A stretch of 64,000 nt of DNA from Squalus acanthias (taxonomy: Eukaryota). Made by a program: the position numbers and the translations under genes. The notes beneath the pieces were generated by a model. The model did no database searches and had not been told where the DNA came from. It worked only from the letters and a program-made list of their open reading frames with translations. Where the stretch lies: assembly GCA_030390025.1 (NCBI GenBank), contig CM059431.1:129644001-129708000 (forward strand), given 5' to 3'. Below are positions 12,297 through 24,996 of this stretch, in pieces; the first letter of the stretch is position 1, and each line of letters starts with the position of its first letter.

Positions 12297-14124
12297 CTAC
12301 TTCTGTGCCATTTTTCGTTTACGCATGCTTCTATGAGGTGCAACCCCTGTGGCTTCAGCAGAGGTAGAGACAGCCTGCTCACTTCCCTGCTGCAACTGCA
12401 TAGACACTTTTGGCGGATGTCCTCTGTGTTCTGGAGCCTGTGATGACCCCGCCAAAGTCTGCTCCTCCTGCGACTGTGCAGGGGCAGACTTGGCCATCGC
12501 TATCCGAGGAGGCATCTGGGGCTCTGACTGAGGGGGGGGGGGGTAAATGTGGGGAGAAGTGTGGGCACTTTGAGAGGAGTCCCCACTTCCATGTCCCCTC
12601 TCACCATCATCCCTCTCACGGGTCACCTGTACTTCCCTGCTAGCAAGGAGCTGAAGAGCATCTTGCTGCACAGCAGTGGGGCCATGAGGATCCAAGTCTA
12701 TGTTTACATCCCTTCTAGAGAGGAGGTCTATGAGCCTCTGCCATCTGTTGTTCATAGATAGCATCTGCTCATTTGAGTGGCGCATTAGCTGCTCCATGCA
12801 GGTGGCCATCCGTTCCATGGAAGAGCATACCATCCCCATCGTCTGCGACATGGTGGTGGTCATGTTGGAGATGGACTCCTCCATTCTCTGCACATTTGCA
12901 GACATTGTGGCCACAAAACCTGTCAGAGCCTCCTGCACTTCTTCCTGCACCTCCAGGATCATCCTCTTTCTCGATGGCCCCCGAGGCTCAGCGTCTGCAT
13001 GCAGCTGAGTAGAGCTGGGAGCATCCTGCACCTTCCAGCGAGGAGTCTCCACTGCTGTCCTTGTCTCCACCATCTCCTCTTGCTCACTTGTGACTTGTGA
13101 GACACCAGGTGACAACACTACTCTATCTCGTGTAGGACCCACCTGAGGTGTACATATCTGCGCTGGTGCTGGGTGCGCTTAGGTCTGGTGATGGTGCACC
13201 CTCAGGGGCTGGAGGCTCCTCTGAGGAGTCATCTTCCTCCTCCGGCTGGACAGTGGCGGGGGCTCTTAATGGACCTGTCGGAGAGTAAAGAGATGATTTA
13301 GAAATGTTATATTAAGAATGGGTAACGATACCATGATGACCATTGAGTGACTGCTGTATGCCATGTGGCTGTATGAGATGTAATTCTGTCACCAGGTTGC
13401 TGAGAGGTCCCCCTCTTTCCGTCTCCCACTGCCAGCAGCTCTGCAACTCTTGACACCTCCAGGGCGACCTCCTCTGCTGCAGTCAAAGTGGCGAAGGATG
13501 AAGCGCCACCTCCGGTTCTCTCCCTCTCCCTGTTGTTGTGCGTTTGTTTCTCCTGCAAGGAGGAAAAGAAGAGAAGTTTGAGTGAGAGTGATGGTATGAG
13601 TGTAAAGGAATGTGTGGGTTACATCTGTAGAGGGCTACTATGAGGGATTGTGGTTCCAAGGCCAAAGTGCCAATGCCAAATGGCCTCCTTGTGTGGTATG
13701 ATTGCATTGGCATGAGGGTGAGTGTGAGGGGTGGGTAGTCAGAGGGGGATGTGAGTATGTATATAGAGAGGGATGGGTGAACGTGAAAGGTATGTTGGTG
13801 TGAGTAATGATGTGCAGGAGCAGGCTTGGGAAAGCAGAGTGATGGGGATGTGGTTACAAGCACAGCAGGATGAAGGTGAGTGTGGCTTTGTACTCACCTT
13901 TCCTGATCTCATGAGATAATTGAAGCGCTTCAGGTCCTCCTGACAACACCCCTGCTGTTCACCTCCTCTTCAATTTGGAGCCAGGCTCTTTTTGTCTCCT
14001 GGGGAGGGCTCTTCCGCCCATCAGCAGGGAAGAGGACCTCCCTGTGTGCTCTGACTCCCTCCAGAAGAATATGTAGGGAGTCATCTGAAAACCTGGGTGC
14101 AGTCTTCTCTCTTTGTGAAGCCAC
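12297..14124 (-). pseudogene. Harbinger Myb/SANT-like gene (H2); exons 14124-13898, 13552-13393, 13274-12297
   Basis: APRFSDDSLHILLEGV...KRAWLQI Myb domain, exon 2 HNNRERERTGGG, canonical GT-AG sites. Start codon is GTG and exon 1 has a lesion. Confidence 0.88.
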
Positions 14125-16072
14125 GTTTTCAAGTCTGAACAATAAGTAGATCATGCAAAATCCTCCCTGCACACTCCTAGATGAACCTTTAAATGCGATG
14201 TGGCCAAGGCTGCTTTAAATATCCCCGCTGGAAATAAGTCATCAGACCCGCACCATTTAATAGGGCCGGGAAACACACAGGCCTGCCTTAATAGGCTCCT
14301 TTAACTGAGTAGCGGGATGATCAGAACAACGCGTTCCGACACGCCACGCGGCCCGCACGCACCCGACCCAACTCAGAAGGGAAAATTCCAGCCGCGAACT
14401 CTATTTTTCTCTCCACGGCTGTTGCCTGACCTGCTGAGTATTGCAGCATTTTCTGTCTTCTCAGAGATATTCTTTTACCATCCGAGGCCTTTCAAGCATC
14501 CAGCAGCACTCCCTACACACTTAAAAAACTTTTAACATCTATTGCAACAAGCCACTACTTCAGTAAAATAAAAAAAAAGTCCAAAAGCTTAAATGCAAAC
14601 TTAACTGAAAGATGTGTATGTCCCTTTAAGAGTTGCTGACAGTGCCTCTGTGAGTCTGCTGCACGCTGGGTTTGCATGGCGAGCTTAGGACCCAGCGCTG
14701 AACCCAGTGCAAAGATCCATGTTCGCCGTGGTGACGTTAAGTCGGCGTTGCATGGTGACTGACGTCACCGTTCCCTCGTTTTAATTTGCAGGGCGATGGA
14801 TGTTACCGGCAGCACTGCTGGGCCTGGGAAAATGGAGGACGCTGCGGGACCCGCCACCAGCTGGCGAAAAAGCCGCCGCCGCCCTCTTTTCGCTATTTGT
14901 TGCTGGTAATGGGTGGCGTAAATCCCCCAAAATTTTAGCCCAAGACTTTTAAAGTCATCACTTTTGATTATATGCATCAGTTAACGAAAATTTCCCCAGA
15001 ACCATTTTTGAGCCTTAACTTTTTTATTTAATTCAAAAGAATTAGAAACTGCATAAACATGAACATTCTATAGAGTAAAAGTTGTTTATGGAAATTTACG
15101 TTTAATAAAAACTGTAGCAAATTCATTAATAATAAAATCAGTATTTTCAATACTGATGTTCTTCCCCCAGTTATATTTCTTGGGTGTTGGTTGTAGGTCA
15201 CCTTTTCCTTTGGAGGAAGAGAAAGACAATGTTAAGTGTATGTGAGTGGCACAAATGATTTCCCTATATGAGCGCATGCATTCAACGATGATGAGATGTG
15301 GAGTTGCATTGTCCCTTTAACTCATGTGTTATTGAAGACTAACAGTAGCCCTTGTGGCGAGCAATGGGGGTTGCCACCGTGGTTTTGAGTAAAGAAAATG
15401 CTCAAGCATTAGCAGAGGTTGCCCTTTGCAGACACAAATTTCCCTGCCACCCATATAGTTAAATAGAAAGTATATAGGTAAGGAGGTGAGTAAAGGCTCA
15501 CAGAATGGTAGAGGATTGTAGAGGCAAGGGTAGGCTAAGAATCTGCTGGAGCAGGATGGTGAGCATCGTGAATTGGATTTTTTTCCTCACCCTTCAGTTC
15601 CAATAAATTTTGCGTGCAAATTACTGGAAGTGTGAATTGCTAACAGCGGAGCAAGGCCAGCATCTGGGACCTTGGTGAACGACAGGACCAATAATCTATC
15701 TCCTTAGCCAATTAAATTTAAGGATAGAGAAAGAAACAGAGTGAATGACGGAGAAGGAATAGGGTGAATTAGAGTCAAATTAGATACAGAAAGAGAAATA
15801 AAGGCCGTGATTTTCTGCTTGGAGGCGGGTTGGCGTCGGGAACATTAGTCGGTGGGTTCCGGTCCCGCTGCCAGCCCCAGCCGGCCTGCTGACACAATTT
15901 TATGTTAATTGGGCTAGTTAAGCCTGCCGTGTGCGTTACCCACCCTGATCACAAGGTGCGGGTCTGCTGAACTGCTCTGCTGACGCGTTTGCAGCCGGTG
16001 TATTTAAAGGGGCCATTTCACAATTAGATCTCAGGTCGTTTCTGATGCTCCTGACTGGTGCTGCTCTCCACG

Positions 16073-18386
16073 ATGTCTGCTCGCTTTAACGAAGAATCCC
16101 TCCATGTTCTTGTGGAGGGAGTCAGAGGACGTCGGGAGGTCCTATACCCATCTGATGGAAGAAGGAAGCCTCCTCAGCAAACAAAGGCAGCCTGGTGGCG
16201 AATAACTGAGGAGGTCAGAGCCAAGTCCATGTTCAGAGGCACCTGGGTCCAATGCAAGAAAAGATTCAATGATCTCCTGCGCTCTGGAAAAGTGAGTATA
16301 AAAGCACACTTACCTTAACTCTGTTGTGCCTGTCATCACATCTCCATCACTCTGCATTGCCAACCCTATTCCTGCACATCCTAACTCAACCCAACATCCC
16401 TTGCACCATCACCCATCCCTCTCTCCCTATGTACAGAATCACTTCCCCATCTAACTATGCACCCCTCACACCCACCCTCAAGGTTATGCAATGACAACAA
16501 CTAACAACTCAAAAGGATGGATCTTGGTAATGGAAACCCACTCCATCACAGTCTTCCTCTAAACATCTATCATATCCATTCTTTACACTCATTCCATCAC
16601 TCTCACTGAAGCTCCACCTCTTTCCCTCATTGCAGGAAAAGAGAGCCCACAATAAGCGGGAGAGGGAGAGAACAGGAGGAGGACCACCATCCTTCCCACA
16701 GCTCACCCAAGCTGAGGAGGCCGCTCTCGACATTGCGGGATCAGTGGAACAGCTCGAAGTGGGGGACGGAGAAACGGGCTCAGTAGAACAACCTGGTGAC
16801 AGAATGCTTCTCCATCCATCTTATTTGGCTTTCATGAGTGACACAAATGGGATCTGATGTCAATAGAAATTGAATGCTCATCATGTGCACAATGGGATGT
16901 TTCTGCAATCTACATATCACATGTCTAACTCATGTCTTTAATCTCGCACAGGACCATCAAGAGCCCCCCTCCCTACTGTCCAGGAGGAAGAGCAGGAGGA
17001 CTCCTCAGAGGATGCTGCATCCTCTGAGGGAGCAGCGTCAGCAGAAATGAGCACACCCAGCGTCAGCACAGAGACGCACACCTCGGTGGGTCGTATGCGA
17101 GATAGAGTAGTGTTGTCACCTGATGTATCACAACTCACGAGTGAGCAAGAGACAGGAACAGCAGTGGGGAGTCCTCGTTGGAGGCTGCAGGACGCTCCTA
17201 GCTCTGCTCAGCTGCATGTAGACGCTGAGCCTCGGGGGCCATCCAGAAAGAGAGCGGTGCTGGAGTTTCAGGAACAAGTGCAGGAGCCTCTGACTGGGTT
17301 TGCAACCATGGTGACAGCGAGTGTGCAGAGAATGGAGGAGTCCATCTCAAACATGAGCAATGCCGTGGTTCACGCAATGGCGAATGTAGGTACCGCCATG
17401 GCAAGGATGGCAACCTCCATGGAGGACATAAATCGCCAGACTCAAAACAACATGGTGACTCTTCCAAATAGATGGTCAGCTATGGAGCATAGATGGGCAT
17501 CTATCGTGGAGAGGAACCAGAGGTCTATGGATGTCCCCGTTATGAGGACTGTCAGTACAGGGACGGGTCCTCATGGCCCCACTGATGTGCAGCAAGGTGC
17601 TCTCCAGCTACTTGCTAGCAGAGAAGTGCGGGTGCCATGAGAGGGATGATGGTGGGAGGGGACATGGAAATGAGGGCTCCTCTCCAAGCGCTCACACTGC
17701 CATCCTCTTGCCAACTCCTCGGTCAGAGCCCCAGATGACTGCCTGAGCAATGATGGCCGAGTCTGCACCTGTGCAGCTGCAGGAGGAGCAGACTTTGGCG
17801 GGGCCTTTACAGGTTCCAAAACCCAGAGGATGACCGCCAAAGGCATCTAAGCAGGTGCAGCAGGGAAGTGAGCAGGCTGTCTCTATATCTGCTGAAGCCA
17901 CAGGGGTAGCACCACGTAGAAGCACGCGTAAGAGAAAGCTGACACAGTGGCATAGTGGTTAGCACTGGTGCCTCACAGCGCCAGAGACCCGGGTTCGAAT
18001 CTGACCTCGGGTGACTGTCTGTGTGGAGTTTGCACATTCTCCCCGTGTCTGCGTGGGTTTCCTCCGGGTGCTCCGGTTTCCCACAGTCCAAAAATGTGTG
18101 GGTTAGGTTGATTTGGCTATGATAAATTGACCCTTAGTGTTAGGGGGGATTAAATATGTGGGGTTATGGGGATAGGATGGGATATGTTAGGGGGAATTAA
18201 ATACGTGGGGTTACGGGGGTAGGGTGGGATATGTGTACTGTGGGGATTAAAGCAGGGATAGGGTACTGGATTTGGATGATCAGCCATGATCGTATTGAAT
18301 GGCAGAGCAGGCTCGACGGGCCGAATGGCCTACTCCTGCTCCTAGATTCTATGTTTCTATGTTTCTATGTTTCTGACACATAAATA
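16073..18386 (+). pseudogene. Harbinger Myb/SANT-like gene (H3); exons about 16073-16291, 16636-16795, 16952-17946 plus 18381-18386
   Basis: ARFNEESLHVLVEGV...WVQCKKRFNDL. Premature stops in exon 3; a SINE interrupts the last codons (RRSTRKRKLTHK*). Confidence 0.88.
17947..18372 (+). mobile_element. HE1-like V-SINE
   Basis: tRNA A/B boxes (GTGGCATAGTGG; GGTTCGAATC), V-type core (GTGTGGAGTTTGCACATTCTCCCCGTGTCTGCGTGGGTTTCCTCCGGGTG), CR1-like tail (TTCTATGT)n, 8-bp TSD CTGACACA (17939-17946, 18373-18380). Confidence 0.9.
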
Positions 18387-18603
18387 ATCACAAGGATACT
18401 CACTTAGGTGTTCTGCTCGAATTCAATGTTAAGTTTCAGTTCTTTTATTCTGTTGGAATAAATTAATATGGTATGAATGTTTGACATCGTTGCCATATGT
18501 GTGCTCACAATCTGAGGTGGCACAGTGAAGGGTGAGGGCACCTTTTACGTCCAGCAATGCAGGTGACAGTGGATATAGAGTTAACACCACACACTTACAG
18601 CCT

Positions 18604-21600
18604 CAACAACAACAACAACTTGTATTTATATGGCGCCTTTAACGTAGTAAAACGTCCCAAGGCGCTGCGCTGGAGTATTTTAAGACAAACAATTTGACAC
18701 CGAGCCACATAAGGATAAATTAGCGCAGGTGACTAAAAGATTGGTCAAAGAGGTAGGTTTTAAGGAGCATCTTAAAAGAGGAAAGAGAGGTAGCGAGGCA
18801 GAGAGGTTTCGGCAGTGAATTCTAGAGCTTAGCGGTTAGGCAACAGAAGGCACGGCCACCAAAGGTTGAGCGATTATAATCAGGGATGCTCAAGAGGGCA
18901 GAATTAGAGGAGTGCAGATATCTCGGGGGGGTTGTGGGGCTGAAGGAGATTACAGAGATAGGGAGGGGCAAGGCCATGGAGGGATTTGAAAACAAGGATG
19001 AGAATTTTGAAATCGAGGTGCTGCTTAACCGAGAGCCTAATGTAGGTCAGCGAGCACAGGGGAGATGGGCGAACGGGACTTGCTGCGAGTTAGGACACGG
19101 GCAGCTGAGTTTTGGATGACCTCAAGTTTACATCGGGTGGAATGTGGGAGGCCAGCCGGAGTGCATTGGAATAGTCAAGTCTAGAGGTAACAAAGGCATG
19201 GATGAGGGTTTCAGCAGCGGATGAGCTGAGGCAACGGCGGAGACTGGTGATGTTACGGAGGTGGAAGTAGGCGGTCTTTGTTATGCTGCGGATATGTGGT
19301 CGAAAACTCATTTCAGGGTCAAATATGACACCAATGTTGCGAACAGTGTGGTTCAGCCTCAGACAGATGTTAGGGAGAGGGATGGAGTCAGTGGCTAGGG
19401 AACAGCGTTTGTGGCGGGGACCAAAAACAATGGCTTTCGTCTTCCCAATATTTAATTGGAGAAAATTTTTGCTCATCCAGAACTGTATGTCGGACAAGCA
19501 GTCTGACAATTTAGACACCGTGGAGGGGTCGAGAGAAGAGGTAGTGAGGTAGAGCTGGGTGTCGTCAGCGTACATGTGGAAACTGACGCTGTGATTTCGG
19601 ATGATGTCGCTAAGGGGAAACATGCAGATGAGAAATAAGAGGGGTCCAAGGATAGATCCTTGGGGGACATCAGAGGTAACGATGCAGGAGTGGGAAGAGA
19701 AGCTATTGCAGGTGATTCTCTGGTTACTATTAGATAGATAAGAATGGAACCAGGTGAGTGCAGTCCCATCCAGCTGGATGACGGTGGAGAGGCGTTGGAG
19801 AAGGATGGAGTGGTCAACGGTGTCAAAGGCTGCAGACAAGTCAAGAAGGACGAGGAGAGATAGTTTACCTTTGTCACAGTCACTAAGGATGTCATTTGTG
19901 ACTTTGATGAGTGCCGTTTCGGTACTGTGGCAAGGGCGGAAACTTGATTGGAGGGATTCAAACATGGAATTGCGGGAAAGATGGGCACGGATTTGAAAGC
20001 CAACACGTTCAAGGACTTTGGAGAGGAAAGGGAGGTTGGAGATGGGGCGGTAGTTTGCAAGGACGGAGGGATCAAGGGTTGTTTTTTTGAGGAGAGGGGT
20101 GATGACGGCAGATTTGAGGGAGAGGGGGACAGTATCTGAGGAGAGAGAACCGTTAACAATATCAGCTAACATTGGAGCCAGAAACGGAAATTGGGTGGTC
20201 AGCAGTTGGGTGGGAATAGGATCGAGGGAGCAGGAGGTGGGTCTCATGGACAAGATGAGCGCAGAGAGGTCATATGCGGAGATTGGAGAGAAACTGGAGA
20301 AAGATGTGAGTTCAGGGCTAGGGCAGGGGGGAACCTTAGAGGAAGTTTGGCCCAGTGGGCTAGGGGAAGGAAGGGAAGTGGCAGAGGCAACTGAATGGAT
20401 GGTCTCAATCTTAGAGATAAAGAAGTCCACGAGCTCCTCACACTTGTTATCGGAGGTGAGGGTGGATGAAACAGGGGAGAGGGGTTTAAGAAGACGGTTA
20501 GCAGTAGAGATAGGAGCCAGGGTTTATCTTTGCATTCCAGAATGATCCTGGAATAGTGAGCAATTTAAGCAGACGAGAGCAGGGCCCAATAATGCTTTAT
20601 GTGATCCAGCCAGATCTGGCAGGAATGGCTAAACGAGTTGTCCGCCATATCCGTGCGAGTCTGCGTCCCTTGGACTTAAGGGAGCGATGATGAGAGCCGT
20701 ACCAGGGGGAACGGCCAGGGTGAGAGAGGGTAATTGTTTTAGTAGGGACTAGGGCATCAAAGGTGATGGTGAGGGTGTGGTTGAGCAGATCGGTAGCTGC
20801 AGAAATGTCACGGTGAATGGAGGGCCAGAGGCTGAACAGTTGGGATTTCATAAGTGCAGTTGTAAGAGAGTTGGGAGAGAGTTTTTCCAGGGGTAGACAC
20901 AGAAGGAGGTAGAGTTGTGGGGGGGTGGGTGGAAGGGGGATGTGGGTGGAGAGCGATACGAGGAAATGGTCAGAGATGGCCTTATCTACAATTGACATGA
21001 TGAGAGTAGCGAGGCCACGAGAGATGGCAAGGTCGAGGGGATGGCCGTGAATGTGGGTTGGGGAGTTTACATGGAGGGAGAGATTAAGGGAGGATAGGAG
21101 GCTAGTGAACTCAGAGGAGAGAGAGCATGATGAATTGAGATGGAGATTGAAATCACCGAGGATAAGAAGTCGTTTGGTGCAGAGGCTGAGGGAGGAGAAC
21201 AGTGAAGATATCTCAGTAATAAAAAAATGTTGGTACTTGGGTGGGCGGTAGAGAACAAGGATTTTAAATGAGAAGCGAGAGGGGTGGAATAAGGTGAGAT
21301 GCTCAAAGGAGGAGAAACCGCCGGGGGAATAGGGGGACAGACCAAGGTGTGATTTGGTGATGAGAGCCACACCGCCACCATGGCGGTCTGAGCGGGGCAA
21401 GTGGTGGAAGGTATAGCCAGTTGGGGAGGCTTCGTTTAAGGGTAAGGTGTCATCACCCCTCAACCAAGTTTCCATCAGGGCCATGATATCAGTGCAGTCA
21501 TCCACGATAAGCTCATGGATAGCAAGGGCCTTTTTCGCAAGTGAACGGACATTCCGGAGGGAGATGCGGAGAGGGTCGGTGATGGCTGCCCCACTGTCAG

Positions 21601-21947
21601 CGTCCACAGGGTCAGCGCTGGGGGGATGAGTTGGATGGGGAGGAGATTGGCAAGATTTTCCTGGGCGAAAAGGTCGTCGAGAGAGTAGGATGGAACAGTT
21701 GGGGTTGCTGCTCGTAAGGCGGCAGTGACGAGTGCCTCGATGGGCCCTTCATAGGATGCCAAGAGAGGCACAGAGGGAAGCTGTGGGCTTATCTAAGAGG
21801 GAGTCAAGCCTGAGACGGCGGCAGGAGAGTAGGAAGGTCGAAGAGTAATGAAGGATTGGGGTAGGGATTTGGGAGGTCAGTGTATCCGAGAGAGGAGAGA
21901 TTAAAGCAGGCATGACGACAGGAGAGTGTGGTCAGGGAGGGATAGAG
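18604..21947 (-). mobile_element. L2-clade LINE with frameshifted ORF2 (APE endonuclease and RT)
   Basis: APE in 20597-21607 (LILGDFN, SDHF), RT in 19090-20430 (PQGSILGP, YADD), L2-type 3' end with (TTG)n tail. 5' boundary approximate. Confidence 0.92.
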
Positions 21948-22086
21948 AACTCCCAGCGAGGTCATGCGGTTCCCCAGACAGTTTCCATTAGCTCCAATAC
22001 CCAAACTGTTTTTACTGAGGTTGATCCCACCTTCCTTCACAGCCTTTTCCCCCTTACAAGCCCAGACATGTCTTTTAAAATACCAA
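21948..22086 (-). repeat. LTR fragment of the retrovirus-like element
   Basis: 139-bp match to 32336-32474 with about 9 substitutions. Confidence 0.85.
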
Positions 22087-22596
22087 GGGGTAAAAATTCA
22101 GTTGGTTGCGCCTCCCGTTAGCGCCTTAAAAGGGCGCTAATGGGGCGTTAAGGCGCTAACGTCCGGGCGCAGCGCTGTTTGCGCCGCTCGAGAACTTAAC
22201 TTGAGATTGTGCGGCGGCGCTAAAACTTACCGCTGCGACCACCTGCGCGCGCAGATTGTGACGTCATTCCGTGGTGCAACGCCCTTGGGGCGCCCCGGAG
22301 CGGAAATTGAGTGGCGCCCCCTGTCTTACCGCCTGGCGCTTCCAACGACCGGAAGACTGGAACGTTATCAATCGGTGTGGGGCTGGGGGGGGCGCTATTT
22401 AAAGGGGGCCTCTTCCTGTCTTTTTCTGTGGTCGACATTTATGCACCACTCGTTCTGAGAGGGAGAGAGAGATTCGGAGAGAGAGAGAGAGACTTCTACA
22501 TTGACTCAACGCTTTGTGAGGTAGTTTTGCCTAGTTCATCCTAACTTTGCTGCTACTTTCGTTGCTGTACCTCATTACTTTTCTGGCAAAGAGAAT

Positions 22597-23757
22597 ATGG
22601 GGGCTGCAATGATTGGGGGCGTCGTCCTGCTCCAGCTCAATCGGAGGATAGTGAGACGCAGACAGAGAGTGGCAATGATGGCCAGACGGAGGAGGGCCAT
22701 CAGGCGCATGTACAGGAGAGCTTACCCTCCCAGGGTATATCGTGAACAGCTCTCCTACATCCACATGTCCGAGGAGCTGTGTTTGCGAAGGCTGCGATTC
22801 AGCAAGGAGGTGGTCACTGAGCTCTGCCACCTGCTGCAGCCAGATCTGCAGCCTCAGCTGAGGTCCAGGACGTCTCTGTCGGTGGCAGTGAAGGTCACAG
22901 TGGCTTTGAACTTCTACGCCACTGGCTCATTCCAAGCTGCTGTTGGGGACCTCGCCAATATCTCCCAGTTTGCGGTGCATCGCTGCATCCGGCAGGTCAC
23001 CAATGCCCTCTTCACAAGGAGACGAGACTTCATCTCCTTCCCTATGACCCCAGACAAGCAGCATGACCGTGCTATGGGCTTTGCGAGGGTAGCGGGCTTC
23101 CCCATGGTGCAGGGCGCCATTGACTGCACGCATGTGGCTTTGCGTGCTCCGCGAGAGAATGCAGAGGAGTTCCGGAACAGAAAGGGGTTCCATTCCTTGA
23201 ATGTGCAGTTGGTCTGTGACCACAGACAGGTGATTCTCACTGTCAATGCCCACTATCCGGGCAGCTGCCACGATGCTTTCATCCTGCGCCAGAGTACTGT
23301 GGCAGAAATTTTCGAGGCACCGCATCAGCCAGTTGGTTGGCTTCTGGGGGACAAGGGGTACGCATTGAGCACCTGGCTGATGACACCGCTCCGTGCGCCA
23401 AACACCCCTGCTGAGCTGCGGTACCAGGAAAGCCAACAAGCAACCAGGAACATTATTGAGCGCACAATCGGCGTGCTCAAACAACGATTCCGCTGTCTGG
23501 ACCATTCCGGAGGAGCCCTGCAGTACTCGCCTGAGCAAGTTTCCAAATTCGTAGTGGTGTGCTGCATGTTGCACAACATGGCAATCCTCAGGACGCAGCC
23601 AATGCCACCAGGCCTTGCAGCACCACAAGAGGAGGAGGAGGAAGAGGAGGAACAGGCCGAGGACGATGATCAGCAGCAGCACCAAGGCAGGAGGGCGGCC
23701 CACAATGGTCAAACTGCAAGGGCCGTCCGTCAACGACTAATAGCAAGCCGCTTCTAG
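22597..23757 (+). CDS. Intact HARBI1-like Harbinger DDE transposase (386 aa)
   Basis: Uninterrupted ORF with GAIDCTH, NRKGFHSLNVQLVCD, PGSCHDAFI, LLGDKGY, IERTIGVLKQRFRCL and LHN, plus an acidic tail. Confidence 0.95.
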   Translation: MGAAMIGGVVLLQLNRRIVRRRQRVAMMARRRRAIRRMYRRAYPPRVYREQLSYIHMSEELCLRRLRFSKEVVTELCHLLQPDLQPQLRSRTSLSVAVKVTVALNFYATGSFQAAVGDLANISQFAVHRCIRQVTNALFTRRRDFISFPMTPDKQHDRAMGFARVAGFPMVQGAIDCTHVALRAPRENAEEFRNRKGFHSLNVQLVCDHRQVILTVNAHYPGSCHDAFILRQSTVAEIFEAPHQPVGWLLGDKGYALSTWLMTPLRAPNTPAELRYQESQQATRNIIERTIGVLKQRFRCLDHSGGALQYSPEQVSKFVVVCCMLHNMAILRTQPMPPGLAAPQEEEEEEEEQAEDDDQQQHQGRRAAHNGQTARAVRQRLIASRF

Positions 23758-24051
23758 GGCCCCTGCCATTGCTACAAACACGAATCAACCCAGCACGCAA
23801 CCCCTAAGCCGGCCAAGGCACCAATAATTCCAACCACCAGCCATGTATATTTTGAATACAGAAACTTATTTATTGTACAAACTCTGTGTGTGTCAATTCC
23901 TCATGACAAACTCATAGAAATAAACACAAAAAAACAGTCAATAACATAACTGGTTCTCACAACCTGGAGATAATGTCCAAAACACTAAACAAAAGTTGGG
24001 CCATGAACCTCGGCCTTTAATAAAAAAATGACCAGCATTTTGGCACACCTC

Positions 24052-24990
24052 CTACTTTTTGCCCTTCGAGGGTGATCTCCTTCCCTTGCGCACTTCCCCC
24101 CTTCTAACCCTACAGCTCCTCCGTAATGGGACCTCAGTGGCTGCAGCAAGGCTGGTGGAAGGCTGCTGCTCGTCAGACCCTGACACTGCAGATGCCCCTG
24201 AAGGACGGCCTCGACCACTTCTGGGCCTGGAGGGCCCGGCTGCAGACTGCACCAACTCTGTATGGGAAGCAGCAGTCTGTCCTACAGGCGGTGGCAAATG
24301 CAGTGGAGAAGTGACAGTGTTGGCAGCAGGAATGCTGTCATCGTGAGAGAGGACAGCAACTCCCTGCTCGCCCGACACACTGGCACTCCCACGGGGCAGC
24401 ACTTCAGCATCCGGAGCAATTTGCCGGAGAACAGATTGCTGGCCTGCTGCGGCGCGGTGACAGCCCCGGGGACATGTGCACGAACCATCGAGGATGGCAG
24501 CAGTCAGTGCTCGCGTGGCCTCAATCTGAGTCTGCATGAGAGCAGTCTCAGATGGGTTCCTGGCAGCCAGTGACTGAATTGCAGCACTAAGCTTTAGTGT
24601 GGCATCCGCCTGTGCTACAGCGAAGTGCTCCACACTCCTTGCCAGTGCCTCAATGCATTCGGGCACCCTTCCCACTGCACCCATGAGCTCAGTGTGCATG
24701 CCCACCGCCTGGCTGTTCATTTCTGCAATCAGCCGCTCCTCCTCTGCGTCCATTGCATTAGGAGTGTCTGGCATACTCTCCCTCTGGGGAGAAGGCTCCC
24801 GTTCTTCCCTCCCCCCGCCATGGCGTGGCTGCAGCCCGCTGGGTCCTGGAGCTTCACCATCATCAGCCCCTTCCCCCCTGCTCCCCCGTTCTTCCCTCCC
24901 CCCCAATGGCGTTGCTGCAGCCCGCTGGGTCCTGGAACTTCACCATCATCAGCCCCTTCCCCCCTGCTCCCCTCCGGGGAAGGCGTGTTC
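24052..24990 (-). pseudogene. Harbinger Myb-like gene, exon 3 only (H4)
   Basis: Similar to exon 3 of H6 and H7 (GMHTE, QQSVLRQIA, LSHDDSIP, PLRRSCR); exons 1-2 are missing. Confidence 0.8.
24796..24972. repeat. Tandem duplication of about 87-90 bp in Myb exon 3
   Basis: Two copies of GCTGCAGCCCGCTGGGTCCTGGA.CTTCACCATCATCAGCCCCTTCCCCCCTGCTCCCC. Confidence 0.85.
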
Positions 24991-24996
24991 CCAGTG

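Larger units (their letters stand above)
5849..14394. mobile_element. Harbinger element H2 (full structure, interrupted by Gypsy)
   Basis: TIRs GGGCCAGAATTTTCCC and (rc) CGGCTGGAATTTTCCC. Transposase on +, three-exon Myb gene on -. Inserted into a Penelope-derived repeat (5790-5848 plus 14395-14460). Confidence 0.85.
4159..14941. mobile_element. Harbinger element H1 (degenerate; hosts nested insertions)
   Basis: Ends GGAGGAAAATTT and (rc) GGGCTAAAATTT with TSD AAG. Myb remnant at 4592-5470, transposase C-terminal remnant on minus at about 5636-5775. The right end, with a CCCTTTAA motif, resumes at about 14460-14941. Confidence 0.7.
22087..24996. mobile_element. Harbinger element H4 (Myb end truncated by Penelope)
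   Basis: TIR GGGGTAAAAATTCAGTTGGTT, similar to the right end of H7; transposase on +, Myb exon 3 on -. Confidence 0.88.

Noticed and set aside
17947..18010. tRNA gene
   Set aside because: It is a SINE head, followed by a core and tail and flanked by a TSD.
22597..23757. Host HARBI1 gene orthologue
   Set aside because: Intronless, next to a TIR and a convergent Myb exon, with many paralogous copies nearby; it is a transposon ORF.
22914..23800. Antisense ORFs overlapping the transposase, and similar shadow ORFs elsewhere
   Set aside because: They are reverse-frame shadows of GC-rich coding sequence with no recognisable motifs.
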